From: Flavobacteriales bacterium
GTDB lineage: Bacteria > Bacteroidota > Bacteroidia > Flavobacteriales_F > PHOS-HE28
Direction: 5' to 3'
Assembly: GCA_041747675.1 (NCBI GenBank)
Contig: JBGTES010000002.1
Coordinates: forward strand, 66,538 to 130,537
Length of the DNA: 64,000 nucleotides
In this document: one piece after another, positions 1-8,422 of the stretch
How the letters are laid out: each line of letters starts with the position of its first letter
Numbering within the stretch: position 1 is the stretch's first letter
Program-made: the position numbers and the translations under genes
The notes under the pieces: model-generated
Seen by the model: the letters and a program-made list of their open reading frames with translations, nothing else
Database searches by the model: none
What the model was told of the DNA's origin: nothing

Positions 1-928
1 GCTTCTTCATCACCTGGCGCTTGAACAGCTTGTCACTGTCGCGCTTGAACATGTTCTCCATGCCCTGCTTCACCCGCTCGCGGAAGGCGGCCTCATCGGC
101 CACGGCGCCCTTGCCATATACGCGATCGAAAAGCTCCGGACCCAGATCCACAGCCACCATGCGCTTGATCTCCACGACACGAAAGCGGAATTGGTCGGAG
201 ATCCCGTGCACCTGTTCGTGTTCCACCCCGAGCATGCGGGCCAGATCCTCGTGGTCCCGGCTCACCTTATGGGGATCCACGCTTACCTCGTCACCCACGG
301 ACCTGCCGGTAAGGGCCTCGCGGGTGGCCGCATCCTCCATGTACTCCAGGCTGATGGTGGCGCGGTGCATCAGTCCGCCTTCCTTCACGGCGCCATCTGC
401 ATCCAGTTCGATCATGTCGCCCAGCAGCATGTCGTTGGAGCCGCTCTCAGTGGCATCCTCCAGCTTCCCAAAGCGGCGGCGCATGTCTTCGATCTCCCGT
501 TGCACGAGTTCATCGGTCACCTCAACCACGGGATACTCCACGCCCAGCCTGTCGCTCAGCTCGATGTCGAATTCGGGCGCCATGCCCAATTCGTAGGTGA
601 ACTCGAACTCGCTGGGCTTGTCCCAATCGTTCCGGTCCGCCTGATCCTGCCTGGGCAGCGGCTGGCCCAGCACTTTCACAGCGTGGTCCTGCAGGTACTT
701 GCGCAGGTTCTCGTCGATCAGGCGTTCAACCTCATTCACCAGCAAGGCCTTGCCCACGCGCTTGCGAATGATCGTCATGGGCACCTGGCCGGGCCGGAAA
801 CCGGGCAAAACGGCCTGGCGACGCTGCTCCTTCAGGGCTTTTTCCACGCCGGGTGTGTAGTCTTCAGGGCTGAGCTTCACCTTGAGGGTGGCGGTGAGGG
901 TGCCGGTGTCTTCGCGTTCGATGTTCAT
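1..928 (-). CDS. tig: Trigger factor, partial (C-terminus runs off the window start)
   Basis: Reverse translation from ATG at 928-926 gives MNIEREDTGTLTATLKVKLSPEDY... and the PPIase/C-domain continues to the window edge. Plus-strand ORFs 21..596 and 191..1006 are shadows of this gene. Not in the ORF track because it has no stop inside the window. Confidence 0.85.
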   Translation of the reverse strand, partial: MNIEREDTGTLTATLKVKLSPEDYTPGVEKALKEQRRQAVLPGFRPGQVPMTIIRKRVGKALLVNEVERLIDENLRKYLQDHAVKVLGQPLPRQDQADRNDWDKPSEFEFTYELGMAPEFDIELSDRLGVEYPVVEVTDELVQREIEDMRRRFGKLEDATESGSNDMLLGDMIELDADGAVKEGGLMHRATISLEYMEDAATREALTGRSVGDEVSVDPHKVSRDHEDLARMLGVEHEQVHGISDQFRFRVVEIKRMVAVDLGPELFDRVYGKGAVADEAAFRERVKQGMENMFKRDSDKLFKRQVMKK

Positions 929-1027
929 GGTCTTGCTGCTGCTCGGTTCTCAGTTGTCAGATGTCCGTTCTCCGATCCGTATGTGCGATCAACAACGCAC
1001 AACTGAGCACGGAATACTGCTCTTCAG

Positions 1028-1109
1028 TACGGACGGGGGGACTCGAACCCCCACACCTTGCGGTACCAGATCCTAAGTCTGGCGCGTCTACCAATTCCGC
1101 CACGTCCGT
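1028..1109 (-). tRNA. tRNA-Leu (anticodon TAG)
   Basis: Reverse complement folds as a cloverleaf. Acceptor ACGGACG/CGTCCGT, D-arm GCGGAATTGGTAGACGC, anticodon stem CCAGA/TCTGG with loop CTTAGGA (anticodon TAG), long variable arm, T-arm GGGGGTTCGAGTCCCCC. Class II leucine tRNA. Confidence 0.8.
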
Positions 1110-1203
1110 GCTTTGAAAAGGGTGGCAAAGATAGCCGCCCTGGGGGCACGTCCGGGGCATGATGGTCACCCTTACCTTCGCCCTCCCACGGCTGGCTTGC
1201 CTC

Positions 1204-2100
1204 ATGAAGCACCTGGAACCCAAGGAACTGACGATCTCGGAGTTGCACGGCCACCTGGTTGGTGCCGTGGGGCCGCGTCCCGTGGCCTTCGCAAGTACGA
1301 TCGACCCCGAAGGGCGGCCCAACCTCAGCCCCTTCAGTTTCTTCAACGTGTTCGGTGCCAACCCGCCGCTGATGATCTTCAGCCCTGCCCGGCGCGGCCG
1401 TGACAACACCACCAAGCACACCTACCATAACGTGAAGGTCGTACCCGAGGTGACCATCAATGTGGTGACCTACGACATGGTGCGCCAGGTGTCGCTGGCC
1501 AGTGGCGAATACCCTGAGGGCGTGAACGAATTCGTGAAGGCCGGACTTACACCGATCCCCTCCCAGAAGGTGCGCCCGTTCCGCGTAAAGGAGAGCCCCG
1601 TGCAATTCGAGTGCGAAGTACGGCAGGTGATCGAGACCGGCACCGGTGGTGGCGCAGGAAACCTGGTGATCTGCGAGGTGGTGATGATCCACATCGACGA
1701 AGCGGTCTTGAATGAGAAAGGCCGCATCGATCAGCAGAAGATCGACCTGGTGGGGCGCATGGGAGGGAACTTCTACTGCCGCGCACATGGAGCGGCGCTC
1801 TTCGAACTGACCCAACCCAATACCAACATCGGCGTGGGTGTGGACGCACTGCCCGCCGAAGCAAGGAACAGCACTGTGCTGACCGGCAGCGATCTGGGGC
1901 AGCTGGGGGCCCTTCAGGTCCTGCCCGACGAGACCAGCGTGAACGAATACAAGCTCACCGAGTTGAGCGATATCTTCATCGGCCAGAAGGATAACCCCGG
2001 TGAGTTGGTCCTTGCCCTGCACCGCCTTGCGCAGCAACTGCTACGGCAGGATCGCGTGGAGGATGCCTGGAAGACCCTGCTTGCCCACAACGCCCATTGA
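1204..2100 (+). CDS. Flavin reductase-like FMN-binding split-barrel protein
   Basis: ATG at 1204 (MKHLEPKELT...). Motifs LSPFSFFNVFGANPPLMIF and VICEVV are typical of the flavin reductase family. Confidence 0.7.
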   Translation: MKHLEPKELTISELHGHLVGAVGPRPVAFASTIDPEGRPNLSPFSFFNVFGANPPLMIFSPARRGRDNTTKHTYHNVKVVPEVTINVVTYDMVRQVSLASGEYPEGVNEFVKAGLTPIPSQKVRPFRVKESPVQFECEVRQVIETGTGGGAGNLVICEVVMIHIDEAVLNEKGRIDQQKIDLVGRMGGNFYCRAHGAALFELTQPNTNIGVGVDALPAEARNSTVLTGSDLGQLGALQVLPDETSVNEYKLTELSDIFIGQKDNPGELVLALHRLAQQLLRQDRVEDAWKTLLAHNAH

Positions 2101-2105
2101 ACAAC

Positions 2106-2495
2106 ATGGCACAAGTCAATATCACAGGCACCATCAAGGTGGTCGGCAAGACGCAGGACGTCTCCGAGAAATTCCGCAAGCGCGAGGTGGTCATCACCGA
2201 GGCCGGCGGCCAGTACCCACAGCATATCCCCGTGGAATTCACACAGGACGGATGTGGTCTGCTTGAGGGCTACAAACCCGGCGATGAAGTGATCGTAAGT
2301 TGCTTCGTGAATGGTCGCGAGTGGACCGGCAAGGACGGAGTGACCAAGCACTTCCTGAGCCTGAAGGGGAACCGGATCGAACGCAGCGGTGCCACCGCAA
2401 CGGCAGGTAACAACGGCGGCTACCAGGCGGCACCCCCACCCTCCGCCACGGACATGCCACCGGCGGCCGGCGATGAGGACGATCTGCCTTTCTAA
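2106..2495 (+). CDS. DUF3127 family protein
   Basis: MAQVNITGTIKVVGKTQDVSEKFRKREVVITEAGGQYPQHIPVEF... matches the DUF3127 pattern. The track start at 2097 is TTG; the first ATG is at 2106. Confidence 0.65.
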   Translation: MAQVNITGTIKVVGKTQDVSEKFRKREVVITEAGGQYPQHIPVEFTQDGCGLLEGYKPGDEVIVSCFVNGREWTGKDGVTKHFLSLKGNRIERSGATATAGNNGGYQAAPPPSATDMPPAAGDEDDLPF

Positions 2496-2504
2496 GCGCC
2501 TAGC

Positions 2505-3596
2505 TCAACGGGCCGTGATGCCACGCGTGTCCATTGCATCACGCAGGCCATTGCCTACCAGCATGAAGGCCAGGGTGAGCAGCATGATGCACACGCCGGG
2601 CAATAACGCCAGGTGCCAGAGCTCGGTGGTGATGTACGGGTAGTAGCTGCGGATCATACCGCCCCAACTGACCATGGGCAGTTGCGCGCCTATGCCAAGG
2701 AAGCTCAAGCCCGCCTCCATGAGGATCGCCGTGGCGAAGTTCGCCGCGCTGATCACGATCACCGGGCCCATCACATTGGGAAGGATGTGCCGGAAGATGA
2801 TGCGGCCATGGTCGTAGCCCAGCGCCCTTGCAGCCTCCACATATTCCATCTCGCGGGTGCGGATCACTTCGCCGCGTACGATGCGCGCCACCTCCACCCA
2901 CATGGTAAGCCCCACGGCGATGAATACCTGCACGAAGCCCTTGCCGAGGGCGAGCGTGATGGCGATCACCAGCAAGAGTGTGGGAATACTCCAGATGACA
3001 TTGACCAGCCACATGATCGCATCGTCCACAGGCCAGCGGATGCGGCGGCCAAAGATCCGGAAGGTGGGCGCCTCGGCCCGGAAGTACCCCGCCAGGGCAC
3101 CGAGTGGAATACCGATCAGCAGGGAGATCAGCACAGCGATGAGACCCACGCTGAGACTGATCACCGTGCCGGCCATCAGGCGGCTCAACACATCGCGGCC
3201 GAAGCTGTCGGTGCCGAGCAGGTAGTACCGTTCTTCCAGGTCGTGACCCGCTGGCGCATGGATGCGTTCCAAAGTTCCGGGTACCAAGGCATTGTAGCCG
3301 TTGAAGCGCTCGAACACCACACTGTCCCCCACCGTGTGAAGGCGGTGCACTGGGACCACCTCCGGATGACCCGGAACGATCAGGAAGCGCGCACGAGATC
3401 CGGGTGACTGGTCCCTGATCTCCAAAACCTGCTGATTGGCCCATGGACTGCTGTCCGGCCGGATGACCCTGCCGAGCAATGCCACCACCACGGCGATGCC
3501 GATCACCACGAGCCCGGCCACGGCATTGCGGTCGCGCAGCAGGCGGTGCAGCGCGATGCGCCACAGGCTTTCACTGACGTGTCGGGTGGAGCTCAA
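2505..3596 (-). CDS. ABC transporter permease (DppC/OppC-like binding-protein-dependent family)
   Basis: Six TM segments and an EAA-like loop (EAARALGYDHGRIIFRHILPNV). Overlaps the upstream GT2 gene by 4 nt. Confidence 0.8.
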   Translation of the reverse strand: MSSTRHVSESLWRIALHRLLRDRNAVAGLVVIGIAVVVALLGRVIRPDSSPWANQQVLEIRDQSPGSRARFLIVPGHPEVVPVHRLHTVGDSVVFERFNGYNALVPGTLERIHAPAGHDLEERYYLLGTDSFGRDVLSRLMAGTVISLSVGLIAVLISLLIGIPLGALAGYFRAEAPTFRIFGRRIRWPVDDAIMWLVNVIWSIPTLLLVIAITLALGKGFVQVFIAVGLTMWVEVARIVRGEVIRTREMEYVEAARALGYDHGRIIFRHILPNVMGPVIVISAANFATAILMEAGLSFLGIGAQLPMVSWGGMIRSYYPYITTELWHLALLPGVCIMLLTLAFMLVGNGLRDAMDTRGITAR

Positions 3597-4765
3597 ACGC
3601 GGCGGCCTTTCCAGGTAGGACGGACGAAGATCGACAGCAGGGCGATGACCGGCGCGTAGATCAGGAACGCCGCCAGTGCGGGCAGGGTGAAGAACGGTCC
3701 ATCTCCGGCCCTTTGCACTCCCTCTCCCGCAGCAAGCAGGTAGGATCGTTCACTGACACCCGCCAACCGCAACACGGGGAACAACCAGGCCAGCCACGCG
3801 GCGGCCAGCAGCGTCGCTGTGTAGAAGAGGCCCTGCCCTACCTGCACATGGCGGGCCACCCAAAGCGATAGGAAGGCCAACGACCACGGGAGGAGCAGCG
3901 CGGCCACAGCGCCGACCAACGCGCCCAGGTCCTGGTATGCGCGCATCTTACCGGCCCAGCGCGAACGTTGCGCAAAGAAGGCCCCCCATCCTGATACAGG
4001 CGCCGTGTGGACCACCACCTCCGGCTGTGCAAGGCCATCCACCGCAAGTCCGTGTGCGCGCATGCGGGCCAGCAGGAACATGTCATCGCCACTTGCGAAC
4101 CGCTCACCGGCATAGCCTCCCACACGTTCGAAGGCCTTCCGCGAGAATGCCATGTTGGCCCCATTGGCCAGCAAGGGCCCATTGACCAGCACACTGCCCA
4201 TGGCCACGCCCTGCAGGGCCGCCTGCTCCTTGCGTTGCAACCAGGCCACGATGCCCGATCCGCCGATGGTATGCACGGGCATCAAGAGCATATCCGGGCC
4301 CGCGATCTTCCAATACGCGGCGATACACCCCAACCGTTCCGGTCCACAGCGCACATCAGCATCGGTCATCACCAACACCTCGCCACGCGCCTGTTCCACT
4401 CCCGCTGCGATGGCCGCTTTCTTACCCACCTCCTCCGCGAGGGAAAGGACCCGCAATTGGGGCCAGCGCTCCGCCATGCCCTCCACCAGCGCCACCGTTC
4501 CATCGCTGCTGTGATCGTCCACCACCATCACCTCATATGCATCTTTGGGATGGGTCTGCGCATACAAGTCCTGGAGCAGGGGTCCGAGCGTGTGCGCAGC
4601 GTCACGCGCCGGCACGATCACGCTAAGTATGGCGGAGGTCCCTCCCGGATCCCGCACCGGTATCACACGCTCCCCGATGATGGCTCTGTACCAACGGTCC
4701 AGCATCAGGGCATGGATCAGCGCCATCCCGAACGCCAGCATGGCCAGTGACATCTCCATGCTCAT
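3593..4765 (-). CDS. Family 2 glycosyltransferase (membrane-bound GT-A)
   Basis: SVIVPARDAAHTLGPLLQDLYAQTHPKDAYEVMVVDDHSSDGT plus DAD motif and C-terminal TM helices. Start moved to internal ATG (MSMEMSLAM...) so the gene abuts the upstream stop rather than overlapping 90 nt. Confidence 0.7.
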   Translation of the reverse strand: MSMEMSLAMLAFGMALIHALMLDRWYRAIIGERVIPVRDPGGTSAILSVIVPARDAAHTLGPLLQDLYAQTHPKDAYEVMVVDDHSSDGTVALVEGMAERWPQLRVLSLAEEVGKKAAIAAGVEQARGEVLVMTDADVRCGPERLGCIAAYWKIAGPDMLLMPVHTIGGSGIVAWLQRKEQAALQGVAMGSVLVNGPLLANGANMAFSRKAFERVGGYAGERFASGDDMFLLARMRAHGLAVDGLAQPEVVVHTAPVSGWGAFFAQRSRWAGKMRAYQDLGALVGAVAALLLPWSLAFLSLWVARHVQVGQGLFYTATLLAAAWLAWLFPVLRLAGVSERSYLLAAGEGVQRAGDGPFFTLPALAAFLIYAPVIALLSIFVRPTWKGRRV

Positions 4766-5814
4766 GGAACAACGCGATCGTTGGTCCGGATGCGGGCCAT
4801 GACCAGGATGAAGCTGCCGAGTATCGCAGGCAGCACCAGGTTGATGGCCCACAGCGCCGTGGTGGCGAGGAGCACCGGACCATGAGCGGCACCCAGCGGA
4901 GCGAAGAACGCCAGTGCCGTGCTACCCCGCACGCCCAGTTCGGTGAGCAGCACGGTGGGCACCAGCGTAGCCACGAGGTACACCACGGGGATCACCAGCA
5001 ATGTCACCGAGGTGGGAACACCCACATGGAAGGCACGGCACAACAACAGGAACTGCAGCGTGAAGACCATGTAGCGAAGGGCACTCCATGCCAGGATCAC
5101 CACCAACTCGCGCATTTCATAGGAGTTCAGTACAGCGGATGCACGCTCCAACCGTCGCAGCAGTGGCAAAGAGATCAACACCTGGCGCAGCAAGGCGGGG
5201 AACAGGTAGAGCAGCAATGTACCGGCGGCAACGAGCGTGGTAAGGGAGACCAGTGCGACCGAGTACCAGCCATCCGGCCAGGGCATGGGGTGGGCAAAGA
5301 CCATCAACAGGACCAGCGCTGTGCCGCCCGCCAACATGGTGATCACGAATTGCGCGATGCTGCCGAGTGCCGTAGCGAATCCACCCGGTACACGATTGCC
5401 AGGAGCAAGGAAGAGCACCCTGCCAAGGAATTCACCGGTCCGGTTGGGCGTGACCAATCCGATGCTCGTACCAGCTATGGTGGCTGTGAAGGCACGCCAC
5501 GCACCGACGGGCTCCAGGCCATGTACCAGACAACGCCACTTCCGCGCCTCTATGCCCCAATTCACGGGCACCAACAGCAGGGCCAGGCCCATCAGACGCA
5601 GGGCTGGAGCATCGCCAGGCAATGCCTGTAGCACCTGGAGGGCCTGAGTACCTTTATCCGCACGCAGCTGCCACCACAGGAATAAACAGGCCAGCAGGAA
5701 GATCCCCCAACGGAAGAGCAACAGCAACGTGCGGCCGGAAATGATGGATGACAAGGAAGCGGGCCTTTCGGCCAAAAGTAGGCGCGGGCCATCCGAGCGG
5801 ATCATCCTGGGCAT
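4762..5814 (-). CDS. Polytopic membrane protein, lysylphosphatidylglycerol-synthase-TM-region / flippase-like (UPF0104-like)
   Basis: About 8 TM helices, arginine-rich loops, and co-oriented with the GT2 gene. Start uncertain: GTG at 5829, ATG at 5814 or 5805. Confidence 0.5.
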   Translation of the reverse strand: MPRMIRSDGPRLLLAERPASLSSIISGRTLLLLFRWGIFLLACLFLWWQLRADKGTQALQVLQALPGDAPALRLMGLALLLVPVNWGIEARKWRCLVHGLEPVGAWRAFTATIAGTSIGLVTPNRTGEFLGRVLFLAPGNRVPGGFATALGSIAQFVITMLAGGTALVLLMVFAHPMPWPDGWYSVALVSLTTLVAAGTLLLYLFPALLRQVLISLPLLRRLERASAVLNSYEMRELVVILAWSALRYMVFTLQFLLLCRAFHVGVPTSVTLLVIPVVYLVATLVPTVLLTELGVRGSTALAFFAPLGAAHGPVLLATTALWAINLVLPAILGSFILVMARIRTNDRVVP

Positions 5815-6346
5815 CGACCCGGGCACCACCGTAATGGGCTATGGTGTGCTGCTGGTGGCCTCCGGCAAGATCACCCTGATTGATGCGGGCGCCATCCGAT
5901 TCACCGCAGGGGACGACCATACCTTGAAATTGCGCGCCATCTTCCGCGAGACCATGACCATCATCGAGCGCCACACACCCGATGAACTGGCCATCGAGGC
6001 GCAGTTCTTCGGAAAGAATGTGCAAAGCATGCTTAAACTGGGCCGGGCCCAGGGCGTGGCCATCGCAGCGGCACTGCAGCGCGAGGTCGCCGTGGTGGAA
6101 TACGCTCCCAAACGCATCAAGCAAAGCATCACCGGAAATGGGAACGCCAGCAAGGAACAGGTCGCTGCCATGCTGACCAACATTCTTGGCGTGGCACAAC
6201 TGCCTTCCAGCACCGATGCCACGGACGCCCTGGCGGTGGCGGTGTGCCACCATTTCGCAGGCAATGGAACCGCTGCCGTTAGAGGACGATCCGGAGGAAA
6301 AGGATGGTCCTCCTTCCTGAGGAACAATCCGGACCGGGTGATCTAA
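5741..6346 (+). CDS. ruvC: Holliday junction resolvase RuvC
   Basis: ILGIDPGTTVMGYGVL catalytic N-terminus and RuvC fold motifs (EAQFFGKNVQSMLKLGRAQG). Track start is GTG at 5729; ATG at 5741. Confidence 0.85.
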   Translation: MMDDKEAGLSAKSRRGPSERIILGIDPGTTVMGYGVLLVASGKITLIDAGAIRFTAGDDHTLKLRAIFRETMTIIERHTPDELAIEAQFFGKNVQSMLKLGRAQGVAIAAALQREVAVVEYAPKRIKQSITGNGNASKEQVAAMLTNILGVAQLPSSTDATDALAVAVCHHFAGNGTAAVRGRSGGKGWSSFLRNNPDRVI

Positions 6347-6361
6347 GAGCCTGTTTAGGCT

Positions 6362-6751
6362 CTATGCCTGCCGGATGCGCCCGGCCAGTGCCGACATTTC
6401 CTCTTGGGTCATCTTCAACTTCGGCTGGCTGAACGCCATGTCATGGATGCCATCGATCGGGATGAGATGGATGTGCGCATGAGGCACCTCAAGACCGATC
6501 ACCGTGATGCCGATGCGGGTGCAGGGCACCACCGCCTGGATCTTCCGCGCCACCTTCTTTGCGAAAGGCAGCATGCCCGCCAATTGCTCATCGTCCATGT
6601 CGAAGAGGTAGTCCACCTCCTGCTTGGGGATGACCAGGGTGTGACCAGCGCGCAGGGGGGCGATATCCAGAAAGGCGAGATAGCGTTCATCCTCGGCCAC
6701 CTTGTGGCAGGGGATCTCGCCCCTAATGATGCGCGTGAAGATGGAGGCCAT
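6362..6751 (-). CDS. HIT-family (histidine triad) nucleotide hydrolase
   Basis: Histidine triad PHAHIHLIP; N-terminal IIRGEIPCHKVAEDERYLAFLDIAP. Confidence 0.85.
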   Translation of the reverse strand: MASIFTRIIRGEIPCHKVAEDERYLAFLDIAPLRAGHTLVIPKQEVDYLFDMDDEQLAGMLPFAKKVARKIQAVVPCTRIGITVIGLEVPHAHIHLIPIDGIHDMAFSQPKLKMTQEEMSALAGRIRQA

Positions 6752-7224
6752 CAGCGGCTGATCTCGATGATCTCGAACCGTGCGCTACCAGTGGGGGTGG
6801 CCACCTCGGCGATCTCGCCACGTGCCTTGCCCAACAGGCCCTTCCCGATGGGCGAGCCCACACTGATCTTGCCCACCTTGATGTCCACCTCGGTCTCGGC
6901 CACCAGGGTGAATTCGCGTTGTGTGCCGTTGTCCACGTGGCGCACCGTGACCCGCGAATGGATGAACACACGCGAATCATCCAACAGGGAGGGGTCGACC
7001 ACGCGGGCATTGGCCAGCTGTTCCTCCATCTTGGCGATGCGTGCCTCCAGCAGACCCTGTTCCTCCTTGGCGGCGTGATATTCCGCATTCTCGCTCAGGT
7101 CACCCTTGTCGCGTGCATCGGCGATCTGCTGGCTCAGGTGCGGGCGATCCACGGTCCTCAGATGATGCAGTTCCTCCTGCAGCTTCCGGAGACCCTCCTC
7201 GGTGTAGTAGGCCGGTGTGCTCAT
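6751..7224 (-). CDS. greA: Transcription elongation factor GreA
   Basis: MSTPAYYTEEGLRKLQEELHHLRTVDRPHLSQQIADARDKGDLSENAEYHAAKEEQ... ATG verified at 7224-7222. The 270-aa track ORF is an upstream extension. Confidence 0.85.
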   Translation of the reverse strand: MSTPAYYTEEGLRKLQEELHHLRTVDRPHLSQQIADARDKGDLSENAEYHAAKEEQGLLEARIAKMEEQLANARVVDPSLLDDSRVFIHSRVTVRHVDNGTQREFTLVAETEVDIKVGKISVGSPIGKGLLGKARGEIAEVATPTGSARFEIIEISR

Positions 7225-7330
7225 GGTATGTCCGCCTGGATCCGGCGTGGTGTTGCAACGAATGGAACGGTGGGGTGGATAGCACGGAAGAGGACCCCGA
7301 AGGGCCCTCTTCCCAAGGTGTGTTATGTGC

Positions 7331-8386
7331 TCAGAGCGTGATCCGGAGACCGATGCTGTGCACGCCGGCAAAAGGGTTGGTGGCGCGGTATCCATAATCG
7401 ATGGCCAGGGCGGACTTCTTCTCATCGCCGAAGGGGAAGTCCACACTAAGACCTGCCGAGGGGCCGGTGAATACCGTGGTGCGCTCCGCATCGTCTGTGA
7501 TGCCATCCTCATAGAGGTAACCTGCCCGCAGGTGGAACATCTTACGGAAGGCGTACTCCACACCCACGATCCCCTGGTCCTTCGTGAAGGAATTCGACAC
7601 GAAGGTGCCGGCGAAGGAGAGGCGGTGCATGTCGCTCACATGCCAGTCATATGCGAAGCCGATGGTGAGCAATGAGGGGATCTCGAAATGGGCAGAGCGC
7701 TGCTCTAGTGTAAGCTGGTCACTCCCCTGCACCAACAGTCCCTGTACCGAAAGACCATCACCGGCGAACTGCATCGCGGGTCCCACATTCTTCAGTGCGA
7801 TGCCGAAGTGCACATTGTCCATCGGACCGGTCACATACTGGATGCCAGCATCGAAACAGATCCCGCTGGTTCGCACATTGGAGATCGCCTCGGACACAAC
7901 ACGCACGAGCATGCCGCCATGGATACTATTCGAAAAGCTTTTCGAGTAGGATACCCCGATGTTCGCCAGGCTGGGGCTGAAGGTTCCCCGGCCTCCCTCG
8001 GGTACATCGACGGTGGTCACCTCCAATTCGCCGAAGGACATGGTGGTCGCACTAAAGCCCAGCACTCCGGACGCGCCCACCTTCTGGCCCAGGCCCACAC
8101 TGTTTATCTGCACCCCGGAACCTGAGAGCCAGGTGGTGTTGGTGAAGAGCACCTCTGTGCGGTTCACATGGGCCAGGCCGGCGATGTTGCCGAACATGGA
8201 CTCCACACCGCGTATGGAAGCGGTATTCGCCAAACCCCAACCGGCCGATCGCGCCCAGGGATTGATCAGAAGTTGGGTGGCCCCTGCCGACCCCGCACGG
8301 TGGGTTTTGCCCGCCCTGGGGGGTACGGTGGCCTGGGCCACCAGGGCCGCGATCATGGCGGCCGGCCGTTTCATCGTTCGCATCAT
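7331..8386 (-). CDS. porV: PorV-like (LptO) T9SS outer-membrane shuttle protein, FadL-like beta-barrel
   Basis: Signal peptide. N-terminal INPWARSAGWGLANTA ... NIAGLA motifs resemble the PorV signature (PDARSGGMG...NPAGLA). C-terminal beta-signal ...IGLRITL. Lies immediately downstream of a large CTD-bearing protein, matching the conserved porU-porV arrangement. Confidence 0.55.
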   Translation of the reverse strand: MMRTMKRPAAMIAALVAQATVPPRAGKTHRAGSAGATQLLINPWARSAGWGLANTASIRGVESMFGNIAGLAHVNRTEVLFTNTTWLSGSGVQINSVGLGQKVGASGVLGFSATTMSFGELEVTTVDVPEGGRGTFSPSLANIGVSYSKSFSNSIHGGMLVRVVSEAISNVRTSGICFDAGIQYVTGPMDNVHFGIALKNVGPAMQFAGDGLSVQGLLVQGSDQLTLEQRSAHFEIPSLLTIGFAYDWHVSDMHRLSFAGTFVSNSFTKDQGIVGVEYAFRKMFHLRAGYLYEDGITDDAERTTVFTGPSAGLSVDFPFGDEKKSALAIDYGYRATNPFAGVHSIGLRITL

Positions 8387-8422
8387 CTCGAGCTTCCTTA
8401 TGGAGAGTGGTAGTGCTTGTGC

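Noticed and set aside
21-1006. Plus-strand ORFs 21..596 and 191..1006 (His/Gly/Ala-rich)
   Set aside because: Antisense shadows of the minus-strand trigger factor gene. Their composition is typical of reverse frames in high-GC DNA.
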